DNA of 64,000 nt from a virus. The notes under the pieces were generated by a model that worked only from the letters and a program-made list of their open reading frames with translations, made no database searches and was not told where the DNA came from. Made by a program: the position numbers and the translations under genes. Shown here one piece after another: positions 40,401-47,615 of this stretch; position 1 is the stretch's first letter, and every line of letters starts with the position of its first letter. Where the stretch lies: the IMG/VR virus record IMGVR_UViG_3300047368_000324, positions 1-64,000 of that record; one strand, 5' to 3'.

Positions 40401-43024
40401 CTTGGATTAAGAGAGAGGATGTTTCTGGTTCAGAAAATTGGTTTGGTTATGATAGGGAGGGTTACATAGGGCTTCAAACTGGCCAGGCTTCGAGAATGAA
40501 TAAATTTATTCATGGTCTCGCCCCAGGAGTAACCTATAGGCTTTATATATCTGCCGCCTGGAGACCCAACTATGGCCCTTCTGGCGTAAGGGTTTATGTT
40601 TGCGAGCCTGACCAATCTCAATCAGATGCAGGAGATTTAACCAATGAATTAATTGGTTATGGAGAATTTACTTGTAACACCGCAAGGTCTATAGATTATA
40701 ATGCACAAAATCATCATGGAGGAAGAGGCGTTCAAACTAATTTTACGCTAGAAGAACCTTATTCCGCTAATCTTAGAAGCGGGGCATCTAATGTTCCAAA
40801 TGGAGAACGAGAAGATTACGGAAGCATCAAGAATCATGTTGGTAGTGATGGTTTTCGTTTATTCTATGTTGAGTTTACTCCGTCTCTAGGCTCTGGGGTT
40901 ATAGAGGTGAGGCTTGAGAACGCTTTTGTTAGCGGTCTTTATGCTGGTGTTGGTAGGTCAGATTTGGGTAATTATGATTATACATGGTTCGCTCCAACTC
41001 AAGGCGATATGTTTGATGTCAGTCAACCCTGGTTTGAGTCAGAGAGAAAAAACTGGACAGAATACTCGGGAGTTTGGGCAAGCAATGGAATAGCTGGTAG
41101 CAGTGGAGATCAGACGGTTTTTATTGGAGATGTTTTTATTAAAAGCATTAGGCCTTTATATGTTGAAACCGTGAAAGTAAAGGGAGACTGTAAGCAGGGC
41201 GGCTTCGAGCTTGTATTAAAAAACGGCGACACGCAAAATTCAACTCTAGAAAGGGCATACCTAAGGAGTCCCACTTCTCATGCGGACATATTCAGGAAAA
41301 TGTCTGCAACAAATTATGCTGGAGATAGTGTTGACCTGTTTTCAACAGAAGAAGGTACTCTTGGTTGGTTTGAGGTTGATGAAGATTACGAAATAGATAT
41401 TATTCGACAAAATCCTTACTTATTGACGTGGGATCCTTTTGCGGTTGATGCAGAAAATTATTCTGCTCGTGGATCGAATCAAGGCTATATTGCTCAAAAA
41501 TTCGTTCCTGACGTATTTGGTAATGCTGAACATGGCGCTTATGATTTGGACATGGTTGTAAATGATGAAGCTGTTGAGGCTTTATATGAGATCATGCTAG
41601 GAAGAGCGGCAGACGAAGCTGGCAAGACTGCGAAAATTAATAATCAAATGACTGTGAATGAAGTCATAGAGGAGATGCTGGCTAGCTCAGAGTACGCAGA
41701 TTATAAAGCAATTAGAAACCTGCCTGACGACCCTAGACCAGGCATGTCAAAAGAAAGAGCGTTTTATTCAAATTTGATGTCAGGATTTTACCTTGGGCAT
41801 ACGTGTTTCTATCATGGAAATATATGGCAGCTTAAACAAGAATACAGAACTTACGGCAATGACGGAACAAAGCCCTTGAGACCTGGATACGAGAATTATT
41901 TAGGAAATGCTCAATGGAACTGGACTACAGAATTTGATGACATTGCACCAAGCTCTACAAAATGGGAAAACATTAGTAATAAAACCTCTAGCCAAATTAT
42001 TAGCGACGCTGCAAGTGGAACAGGAGCCTATCATAATAGTTCATTAAGCGAGATAAAGGTTTGGAATAATGATGTTTTTGTAGAGAATCTAGTTGCCGGT
42101 TTACGAAGAATATCTTCGGTCGGTATGATGTGGAGCGCGCATTATTTAGATTCTTTTTTTAGAAGACCTTTTATACAAGAAAATTTAGAAACCCAAGAAT
42201 TTGATTACTTGGAGGACTTAGGCGCAATTAATAATAAGGAAAATACCCTATTGCTTGGAGAAAGCAGAACGCTTTCTGATGCAAGCTTTCGCTTCGGAGA
42301 CTCATTGTCCATTAGTAATAGTAATAATTATTGGACTGAACCATCCAAACCAACTAATGGAACTACTAATTGGAAGGCGGTTTATCCACGAATTATGTCA
42401 TCGATTGAGCGGGAGATTGCGCCTCCCCAAATGGGTTGGTATGGAGCGAGCACGCAAGCAATTTCAGGCGCTAATGCGGGAGATGCAGAATTTGCTTTGT
42501 GGGCAGGGGGTTTTGGGGGTATAGATGGAAGGAAGTTAGCTTGGTCTGTAGGTCCAGAATACCCTGTTGCCAAGGTTTATGAATATCAGGGCGCAAGTAA
42601 TCCAAGCGGATGGTCTACGTTGCATGATAATCAAGAGATATTGCTCGATCCTTTAGCGTCGAATTTTGATCCCGTTAGTCCAGCTTTAAATAATTCTCAA
42701 TTTAAAAGAATGATCGGCAACTCAAAGTTTTCTAAAGCTTACGCTTTTGGGGTTGGCAACTCTGTCGAGCTTAGCTCTAGGGGCGCTTCCAGAGACTCAA
42801 GGATTGAACTACCAATTTACGCTGATACAAGTTCTGAGTTTATTGGAGATAATTACTACGGAGGATCAAATCCAATACCTCATAGAGGTCTCGCTGGCAG
42901 AGTCCTTAATGCGGGATTTTTGAATGATTATGCCACGTATAATAGCAGCACTGACCAATATAAATATTCTTCAGCATCGCTTAGTAAGGCTTTTGAAGGA
43001 AGGATTAGAATAAATTTTATATAA
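31484..43024 (+). CDS. giant 3846-aa putative virion/adhesin protein
   Basis: Uninterrupted ORF rich in G/S/T/N; CBM5/12-like motifs (WQSGQFYKVG, WDPTANYSEGDVV); Gly-rich hydrophobic hairpin; DUF4214-like LYEIMLGRAADEAG...ASSEY. Confidence 0.75.
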   Translation: MGSSGYQINELEGGYSPTISEKGIDIYGGPRGSLAGTLPTWIAWWVANYRYTPGHIVYMPGVYNADGSNGTYYDTNGMSSRREEIAYSQDIQAVNLQEGGDLVGGDMGRAGSEYSTGSNKRQYFEYGAHTLWVKLFGEPDNSSTNDSSLLTDQDFFNVTKRRRNGWYCFYELMSEVDPQGSGQLEIAFPQGNSVNNNTWNNTKKRYSIVVGNKETLKVVYGSWGEDLFRQISCEPGSTTEIKVKHDETVLNMCDSFILFAAVVAANTGGDLDLINFVVCKSVLRSSGTIEQNLETSPVEVAILPSDKVSIGGNVLRSPQEVPVRDMVDPSFNGSSDFFQDENGQDETATMVSAGYPGVLNPESIFRAAQKSSDFDGTITRIAQGNTAASEVIMNDADLDDDHLYLDKLKFGKVPAYDPRFGEASSSLNSFISSVYNFSLPMSTSSSIDFWQSGQFYKVGKAVRFSPNQSEYSKSEANRTIKDVIWVSRKDHASTSSNKPPMGAGSGMPSDFENECWRSYGVLANQPNSSLLQLNDVYRDSEVFVGGLIINKSPDEILSISGEMVDRALLGSERRIRMSEMTGGSRLYASLTISPAKKFKVKYYRKRNSWGRRSSVTFRFPPAVEDAAAADLWLYANNFRRDHAGSINFAVTFVTHTSFVWAQAKKRRSSFFGILLGVALAVVGILNPALFLTAGMQCAAYGFGGGLALGALGGAVGLGVGTALGASAEAVYANLGKGVGRKKAFTRSSFSQVISKIANDAPSANYVLDRGSAPENGMVIGRNSSDVSSMYDTNLGGSNANVQSENDIIRFNFGNLYPYLYESKYGNTIHVSGQYQFLIQDLNSASAIKIAFNYEEISRRGGRGAVDSFGNTFSGYPAGTPEGSHAGANSTLWSQYRNAANEIVNGNASSTGNLKLISTKNYFNYLLIGPENIRDDLDPLKALVMWSMDLSDAQFSALVGMIQTGFRDLTFNSSGSFSDQDGLSDYKEIYTSNPPIAAAENVAATGYQLEISNNTITHVKEDKTNGRRVKILKSVGESQGMSREDMEVLAKGLAPGEFLLGKDLENSTPQYINFLKSSALSGAKEWTSINNGVKINGGDVIQNGQDFYFVNATFIKNNQNLSDVATLVPRSSSQIYTADSFSPSLTLVKQWQKMLESPYYTEQTNDRSASYYLAGRKLDFSFVVKESADPSLFNLFFFGFSDYIPNFASANMDTYEIDSVAQLPMIKDSKDLTGDYIGNGSTQFVRDDATYTTKHVFRLKDNIPRTAELPVGAIPGFKSELSWEYLGSPSDLTPSVISEWTLPVLKETVSEFTPGQDVIATNKLRPLGFWKSEAGTKLSGSSINGIIEQQEFSLTVNFPWIKMTSAPSDSTAQYVTTQNKDGSTVYLLSPYSKVSGQTSGINLAAFIPSNINDTWKGLMNNTILSSSQTNYILDAYLTNKLDILRTFEVQGFEVSHIQIVISPITDLIDKIEVWDPTANYSEGDVVLVHHTNYNYLSEETGKMQAAQSEFGKLWLYARATRTITNGEKPFHNDNPEPSAAPGSMGELGEVILPVDTKYWECCTAREGSTVDSITSGLGAKKLAKSCYGTDLDVKTYTVSMGEADTFTQPGRSQKTTEIYIPQQRGIYNKNVSMDFSSPKNLIFTTTISPEAKIVGRLPSSAVAYTNEGGTWPGTLNQKDTQYLEPSDYANLYEENPLINLFLRRSVNAGARWSNWIDGIMTSGQDAEIYKKITYSQGDEYQKFETMPTVELAVSKDSGSTFEEFVAKREFDENYPVFHKGFDIPVGIKATISNALGINDSPSNSVGSNLYGYISCLYNPGTEVVGGASGLINFIGEGTGSENVKLKNWSGTDIGNSTAADFYETIATDDESGLLQYGPQTISDELTLHSLNGINRTNYTPAFKIFLPETSSSRNPLDLCVQKCVLILGTRDSNDGLTHNRTKIKNFVSGSGIDFHFDNWFAIPAGQNSYVDQSGNTWPATDQIDKFGEEDNEFIKIKSNLNTLTEALYALSDVVGASTTHNNNFIDLSTTQTHYHGSANPFTNFDEVGVGYLTNILRGAGEFIGAKANASFNNSGTYIGGVGLTQTTVTSTEFMSISQPAFEDKGVHGKPEGSYNMYMYNDSNYTFQIDTAIPALLYKKYTNINDSNDVVNKNYYDLLLDDNCPGGGDSKADFTEDYVFNAEIKLLKNYLMVGEISHYDSNFQEADGYKGRVFLTRSELGDPVNNDTVTIKIDDGINCPHGANLKTLNLSYKLIDPPNLSSIANNINGKLYYYDNDTHVYSFGVSFPVASEFGGRLVIQDGIGPDLTFESQSGPPAINYTRPDSQATSVTFTIDDGVPHGFGVARTGAAYHNLIYPGGFNPVQSFPVVTIADVAIEGSLGVSGDGYIANKVVGVFPDMTIVQINKQYIYNNSDHEYKGLYISMPAFNIADTTDRGLFVSRSSISNRGISRTLELGYPVFGFGPMHAKAVLHEKMFPPDDSGTATLSIQDGTLLGSTKSEGTFEIPYQRLDKAFGTITGIRTSSTFKLWSSSPLINSGNIDLEGLVTCWEHAKVTIETSTSEAIEIQDDLIQESAGFTNFRWNFTDYDLSQSINSQADLIDGLYVTILDRSRGSTEGVDTWETFNYTVAEAIDLFFESGEYQYNYNTAKKDLPTDPLTRKRFSVQIKAKQGSPEKLVVDDQLLKDGGWTHSANISLGSIGDSAEAPIYTNLTQSFKYPEESNNVVVNRMGGQFNIADGDRRYTSVNSALMYSSYATLRSMIINYNPDSTGKIYYTKFINDSPNRVPYSGFRSKIKYDPSRPGMNEPNIWMDRSSFVKSGIDVDEYTTSASSNGAIDLCPNSITTFIWGSKAKWLTHEDENPETDSSPSEFDGDNFVVWNSESYYGSQDWEVIGRSNKGGSDKSYFHLPSWIPTFTANQDWFQTNRIPGWSLTTPHLSFINNYENFQSYGASGATNFCNIIKNGTAVWGGLSLSDAWIKREDVSGSENWFGYDREGYIGLQTGQASRMNKFIHGLAPGVTYRLYISAAWRPNYGPSGVRVYVCEPDQSQSDAGDLTNELIGYGEFTCNTARSIDYNAQNHHGGRGVQTNFTLEEPYSANLRSGASNVPNGEREDYGSIKNHVGSDGFRLFYVEFTPSLGSGVIEVRLENAFVSGLYAGVGRSDLGNYDYTWFAPTQGDMFDVSQPWFESERKNWTEYSGVWASNGIAGSSGDQTVFIGDVFIKSIRPLYVETVKVKGDCKQGGFELVLKNGDTQNSTLERAYLRSPTSHADIFRKMSATNYAGDSVDLFSTEEGTLGWFEVDEDYEIDIIRQNPYLLTWDPFAVDAENYSARGSNQGYIAQKFVPDVFGNAEHGAYDLDMVVNDEAVEALYEIMLGRAADEAGKTAKINNQMTVNEVIEEMLASSEYADYKAIRNLPDDPRPGMSKERAFYSNLMSGFYLGHTCFYHGNIWQLKQEYRTYGNDGTKPLRPGYENYLGNAQWNWTTEFDDIAPSSTKWENISNKTSSQIISDAASGTGAYHNSSLSEIKVWNNDVFVENLVAGLRRISSVGMMWSAHYLDSFFRRPFIQENLETQEFDYLEDLGAINNKENTLLLGESRTLSDASFRFGDSLSISNSNNYWTEPSKPTNGTTNWKAVYPRIMSSIEREIAPPQMGWYGASTQAISGANAGDAEFALWAGGFGGIDGRKLAWSVGPEYPVAKVYEYQGASNPSGWSTLHDNQEILLDPLASNFDPVSPALNNSQFKRMIGNSKFSKAYAFGVGNSVELSSRGASRDSRIELPIYADTSSEFIGDNYYGGSNPIPHRGLAGRVLNAGFLNDYATYNSSTDQYKYSSASLSKAFEGRIRINFI

Positions 43025-43058
43025 TTTATAAATACAGAATTCTTGCATATTATAATAT

Positions 43059-43856
43059 ATGGATCATATGCTAGAAGGCTTACTTAGAAATAATGTAGTT
43101 GAGATGCAGTATTTTAGATTAGGTTTTTTTCCTACTCGCGCTCTTTTAACTTTAAACCCAAGCTTTACAAAAGAAAAAGGAGCCTTAAATGAAGTTGAAA
43201 TTGAAGCTTTTGTTTCTGCCTACGATATATTAAGAAAAAGAATTGTCACATTAAACAATCAAGAAGAAGTTCTTTCAACTAACGTCTTTAACCCTGACGC
43301 AATTTCACCTATGCAGCTGTATGCTAAAGATTTTTGCGCAAATAAAAAAATGGTTGATGATGCAATCTCTGACTTCCAGAGTAAAAGACTTACTAATATA
43401 TCTAGCGTCGGAGATGTTTTTAAATTAAGTTTGAAAAGCAAAATGGTTTTGGTTGATTTATTTATGGCTACGGGCAATTCAATTAAAAATCCTGATGTAA
43501 TTAATCAGCATCTTGAAGATATATATTACGCAGACCCAACAATTCGGGGAATGACTCAAATTAGGTACGGCTTCTTTTTCGCAATGGATTATGAATGGGA
43601 AGACGACAAGCAGGCTTTGGCTTTTGCGGCAAAAAAATGGCTTTCATTGATTGATGTATATCGAGAACTTTTTACTCAATCATGTTCGGAGCGGACGAGA
43701 AAAAATATAGAAAATATTAAATACCCAGAAATTGATCAATTTGATACTTATGAAAAAATAATAGACTATTGGCCATACGCTATATCTCCTAGACCTCCAG
43801 AGGTGCTTGAGTCAGACTTAGTTGCGGTTTATGAAACTGCGGAATCTAATGATTGA
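43059..43856 (+). CDS. hypothetical protein
   Basis: 265-aa ORF; own TTGCAT/TATAAT-like upstream sequence. Confidence 0.6.
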   Translation: MDHMLEGLLRNNVVEMQYFRLGFFPTRALLTLNPSFTKEKGALNEVEIEAFVSAYDILRKRIVTLNNQEEVLSTNVFNPDAISPMQLYAKDFCANKKMVDDAISDFQSKRLTNISSVGDVFKLSLKSKMVLVDLFMATGNSIKNPDVINQHLEDIYYADPTIRGMTQIRYGFFFAMDYEWEDDKQALAFAAKKWLSLIDVYRELFTQSCSERTRKNIENIKYPEIDQFDTYEKIIDYWPYAISPRPPEVLESDLVAVYETAESND

Positions 43857-44872
43857 GCCAAGCTTCTGTATCCTTCGCTTGTATATCTCTGTGCGCCAAG
43901 ATAGTATTTATTAAAATTCTCTTCATTTAGAGATTCATTTAGGGCAACAGTATTTTCGTGAAAATAAAACATGCTGTCTTCTTTGTTTTTTGGAGCTTTT
44001 GTCCTAAAAAGACTCGTAAGTGGAAATACTTTAAATAAATTATCCAAGTCGAATTTGTCGCTAAAAATAGAGGATTCTTTAAAAAAATCTTCTTCAATAA
44101 ACTGATCGGCGTGATAGCGATAAATAGTGTTTGGTATTTTTGAGAAAAATAAACTTTTAATTTTTTTTATGTCTTTAGTTCTTAACGCTTCAGTTAGAAG
44201 CTTTGGGTAATATTCTTCATTTTGTAAATTTTCATTTGATACTGCAATTTGTACAACAAATAAATTATCTATCTTACCTAATGACTTTCTTATCTCACTC
44301 TTTAAAAGATCAAGGTTAAAGAATGGCTTCACCTTACCCATCTCTTTTAACTCTTCTGTTTGACCTGGGGAGTCAATCCAGTTTATTATGTCATACATAT
44401 TTACGCATTTTGAAATCGGCCCAAAGAGTCCAGGTTGAAATATTTTATTCCAGAAGTTTTTTTTAAGCGCAGCAAGTTCGGTGCGGCTATCGATTACAAC
44501 CGCGTCATATTTATTTAGATTAATAACTTCTGATAAAGCATTAATTGTAAAAATGTTTGGGCACGCAAAATAACGCTGTTCATAAGGCTCTATACCACTG
44601 CATAATTCTTCGAAGAAAATTTTAGTGTCGGCATTGTTTATTAATTTTGCTCTTGAGTCGAAATACGTTAAGTCTGACGGTTGTATTTTGGGGAAAGAAT
44701 TTACTAGAAAATCTACTTCGTGACCCATGTCGCATAGGTAATGTGATAGATTTTTTTTAAAAAAATCATTTCGTAGATATGTCCTCGACCTAATAAATTT
44801 TGAAATATTCCATATTGGCACTTGGTCGAATATTCCCGCAGAACAATTTGTTAGATAGAGAATTTTTGACAT
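43829..44872 (-). CDS. hypothetical protein
   Basis: 347-aa ORF coupled to the upstream antitoxin-like gene. Confidence 0.6.
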   Translation of the reverse strand: MSKILYLTNCSAGIFDQVPIWNISKFIRSRTYLRNDFFKKNLSHYLCDMGHEVDFLVNSFPKIQPSDLTYFDSRAKLINNADTKIFFEELCSGIEPYEQRYFACPNIFTINALSEVINLNKYDAVVIDSRTELAALKKNFWNKIFQPGLFGPISKCVNMYDIINWIDSPGQTEELKEMGKVKPFFNLDLLKSEIRKSLGKIDNLFVVQIAVSNENLQNEEYYPKLLTEALRTKDIKKIKSLFFSKIPNTIYRYHADQFIEEDFFKESSIFSDKFDLDNLFKVFPLTSLFRTKAPKNKEDSMFYFHENTVALNESLNEENFNKYYLGAQRYTSEGYRSLAQSLDSAVS

Positions 44873-45066
44873 TATTTTTTCTTAGATTTTATTCTTTTAA
44901 TTTCTTTATCAAGTATTTTTTCTACGCTTTCTGGATTACCTTCCAGCATAACTTCTGCTGGAGTTTTCCCGTCTAGTAGTGTGTTTTCAGCCTTAAGCCA
45001 AGAGGTTGATTCGTAGCCGTTTAAGTTTTTGCTGAGGGATTGTAATATTTTTTTTGCGTTTTTCAT
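44872..45066 (-). CDS. Xre/MbcA/ParS antitoxin C-terminal (DUF2384) domain protein
   Basis: STSWLKAENTLLDGKTPAEVMLEG..ESVEKIL; start 45066 supported by GTGTA-N10-ATG on - strand. Confidence 0.7.
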   Translation of the reverse strand: MKNAKKILQSLSKNLNGYESTSWLKAENTLLDGKTPAEVMLEGNPESVEKILDKEIKRIKSKKK

Positions 45067-45113
45067 ATAATATATATACACTTATTGTAAATCTGTGTAT
45101 TATATACTCGTAC

Positions 45114-45842
45114 ATGACGAGGAAAAAATCCACCTTAAAAGAGGATTCCTTAAAGATTCCGCAATTGGAACAATCAATTCACATTGCATCTTTAAGACTT
45201 ACTGAAAAGCAGAAGAAATTTCTTTCGATAGCATTTCAAGAAGACACGAAAATTATGTTTGTCGCAGGGCCAGCAGGTTCCACGAAAACATATATGGCAG
45301 TTTATTCTGCCTTGAGGTTATTAAGCGCATTCAATGAGTTAGATTTGCTTTATGTAAGGACTGTTATAGAGAGTGCTGAAAAAGGCTTGGGAGCTCTTCC
45401 TGGAGATATAGGTGAAAAATTTAATCCATACATGGCACCTTTAGAGGATAAGCTCTATGAAATGCTTCCAAAAAATGATACTTCAAAGAGGGACTTGTTG
45501 GAAACGGGGCGAATTTCTGCTATGCCTATTAACTACCTTCGCGGTTCTAGCTGGAAAAATAAGATTGTCGTCGCCGACGAAGCTCAAAATTTTACATATA
45601 AAGAATTAACTACCCTTATCACACGAATAGGAGATAACTGCAAATTGTTTATTTGTGGAGATTTTATGCAGAGCGATATAAATGGCAAAAGCGGTTTCGC
45701 GCCAATGTTTGATTTATTCAATGACGAAGAAAGTGTATCTAAGGGTATACATTCATTTAAATTTGGCAAGGAGGATATATTACGCAGTGAAATACTTAAA
45801 TTCATTATTAAAAAACTCGATAGCAAAACGAATACTGGCTGA
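45114..45842 (+). CDS. phoH: PhoH-family ATPase
   Basis: GPAGSTKT, LGALPGDIGEKFNPY, YLRGSS, VADEAQN, TRIG, GDFMQSDI; start reassigned to ATG 45114. Confidence 0.93.
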   Translation: MTRKKSTLKEDSLKIPQLEQSIHIASLRLTEKQKKFLSIAFQEDTKIMFVAGPAGSTKTYMAVYSALRLLSAFNELDLLYVRTVIESAEKGLGALPGDIGEKFNPYMAPLEDKLYEMLPKNDTSKRDLLETGRISAMPINYLRGSSWKNKIVVADEAQNFTYKELTTLITRIGDNCKLFICGDFMQSDINGKSGFAPMFDLFNDEESVSKGIHSFKFGKEDILRSEILKFIIKKLDSKTNTG

Positions 45843-46716
45843 GGCTTTCAAAAGAAAGCTCTTGACGGTGCCAGTGCAGCCTATTGATGATAGGGACTGG
45901 AAGATGCCTGACATGAATATAAAAGGCACGATCGCTTTAGAAAACTTTTCTCAAAGAGGGAGGACGCTACCTGTAAAAAACCAGGGCCGTATTGGGTCTT
46001 GCGTTGGACAAAGTGGTAGGGTCGTATATGGTTTTTGTAAAGAATTTGATAATACCGAGCCCAGTGTAATGCATATATATAAAACGGGACAAAAATTTGA
46101 CCCATGGCCTGGCGAATCTTATTCTGGCACAACAATTAGAGGCGCAGCAATTGGCCTAAAGAAGCATGGCTGTTGCGAGGAAAGGTATTGGCCGTATACT
46201 GGAAAAGAAAACGCCCCAATGAAGTATGGCGCCGAAGAAGATGCTGCGAGCAAAAAAATTGAGGGCTTCTATGTTATTGACAAAAATGACGCAAATTTAA
46301 TAAAATCAACTTTATTAAAAGAACCCTTATGGACTTCTATAATAGTTCATGAAGAGTTGTATTATACTAGTTCTTCAGGCGTGATAGATGACGAAAAATA
46401 TCTAGAGTCTAAGAAATCTGGAGGGCACGCCATTGCCATGATTGGCTGGAAAACAATTAAGGGTAGACTATATTGGGAATTCCAAAACAGTTGGGGAAAA
46501 TGGTTCGGGGATGATGGATACTTTTATCTATCTGATGATTTGTACAAAAAAATAATCATCAATGCAAATGGACCGTTTTATATAAAAGCGCATTCTGAAA
46601 ATAGAAAATTTCAACCGCCTCCTCCGAAAAAAGAAGGTTTTAGAAAATTTATTATTAAGTTCTTTGAGGGCTTAATAGATCTGGTTATAAATATGTTAAA
46701 AAAGAAAGGAAAATAA
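45835..46716 (+). CDS. papain-like (C1) cysteine peptidase; start uncertain
   Basis: VKNQGRIGSCVG (catalytic Cys), GGHAI (His), FQNSWG..FGDDGYFY (Asn); C-terminal amphipathic basic helix. Confidence 0.88.
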   Translation: MAEAFKRKLLTVPVQPIDDRDWKMPDMNIKGTIALENFSQRGRTLPVKNQGRIGSCVGQSGRVVYGFCKEFDNTEPSVMHIYKTGQKFDPWPGESYSGTTIRGAAIGLKKHGCCEERYWPYTGKENAPMKYGAEEDAASKKIEGFYVIDKNDANLIKSTLLKEPLWTSIIVHEELYYTSSSGVIDDEKYLESKKSGGHAIAMIGWKTIKGRLYWEFQNSWGKWFGDDGYFYLSDDLYKKIIINANGPFYIKAHSENRKFQPPPPKKEGFRKFIIKFFEGLIDLVINMLKKKGK

Positions 46717-46717
46717 A

Positions 46718-46903
46718 ATGGAAAAACAATTCTGGAAAAGTAAAAAATTCTGGGCTTCAGTTGCTGCTGTTTTCATCCCACTATCTAACCATTTTTTTGG
46801 TTGGAATATGGATCATAACGCAGTCGTTACCATGATGGCTCCTATGATTGCTTATGTTTTTGGACAAGGCATGGCCGACATGGGAAAAAACTCTAAAAAA
46901 TAA
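46718..46903 (+). CDS. small two-TM holin-like protein
   Basis: FWKSKKFWASVAAVFI...MIAYVFGQGMAD; basic C-terminus. Confidence 0.6.
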   Translation: MEKQFWKSKKFWASVAAVFIPLSNHFFGWNMDHNAVVTMMAPMIAYVFGQGMADMGKNSKK

Positions 46904-47337
46904 TGGGCCCTATTTTAAATACAATCCTTGGCGCTGGGATAAAAATAGGCGCCAACTTAATATCCGCTTGGTTAGAGCAAAAGCGGCAAGATCAACTTGC
47001 ACTAGCTGCGAGAGATAAAGATACCTTGGACGCTTTAATAGCTAGCCAGCAAGCTCAAGCTTCGGATCCTTTTGTGAAGGTGACTAGAAGAATTTTATTC
47101 ATGTCAATTACTTTCACTCTTTGCTATCTGATGTTATACTATGCACATAATCCAACTATCAGTTATGATATGATTGTTCCATATGGCGATAATGCTAGAT
47201 GGGGTATTTTTTCTTGGTTTTTCGGAGGAAAAGATTTTCATGTGGTTCAGCTTACTGGAGGCTTGATGCTTTCTTCTTTTATGGACTTGTGTTTTATGGT
47301 TGTGGGTTTCTATGCAATTCCTAGTAAGAGACGATGA
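46903..47337 (+). CDS. membrane protein, 3TM holin-like
   Basis: N-terminal amphipathic helix, DPFVKVTRRIL plus TM segments, C-terminal VVGFY. Confidence 0.5.
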   Translation: MGPILNTILGAGIKIGANLISAWLEQKRQDQLALAARDKDTLDALIASQQAQASDPFVKVTRRILFMSITFTLCYLMLYYAHNPTISYDMIVPYGDNARWGIFSWFFGGKDFHVVQLTGGLMLSSFMDLCFMVVGFYAIPSKRR

Positions 47338-47600
47338 GAAGGTTAATAATATTTTTGGTTTTATTTGTTTGTTCTTGTAGTCCTATATCTAAGTTTAAAA
47401 AAGATAACAATGTTAATATAAAGTCTCATACATTTAAGCAATTAGATTTAGATGGAAATGGTACCGTTGATCCTTTGGAATTTTATAGCTCTATTGATAA
47501 TATAAATTCTGTGACACCTGCATATGGATTGGGACTAATTTTATTGAGCGTTATTATTTGCGCGTTTGGATCTTCTTTGTTTTATAGATCAAGAAAATAA
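47334..47600 (+). CDS. lipoprotein with EF-hand and C-terminal TM (u-spanin-like topology)
   Basis: MRRLIIFLVLFVCSC signal/lipobox, DLDGNGTVDPLEF EF-hand loop, TM AYGLGLILLSVIICAFG, basic tail. Confidence 0.5.
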   Translation: MRRLIIFLVLFVCSCSPISKFKKDNNVNIKSHTFKQLDLDGNGTVDPLEFYSSIDNINSVTPAYGLGLILLSVIICAFGSSLFYRSRK

Positions 47601-47615
47601 GGTGTAACAACAAAT

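Noticed and set aside
31506-42573. Short alternative-frame and antisense ORFs inside the giant gene and other long genes
   Set aside because: Shadow ORFs with no motifs or expression signals.
43829-44872. SGNH hydrolase call
   Set aside because: C-terminus (YTSEGYRSLAQSL) is suggestive, but GDS and DxxH catalytic motifs are absent.
45682-45834. ORF-track N-terminal extensions of the peptidase (45682) and PhoH (45054)
   Set aside because: They overlap neighbouring genes; motif and promoter positions favour later starts.
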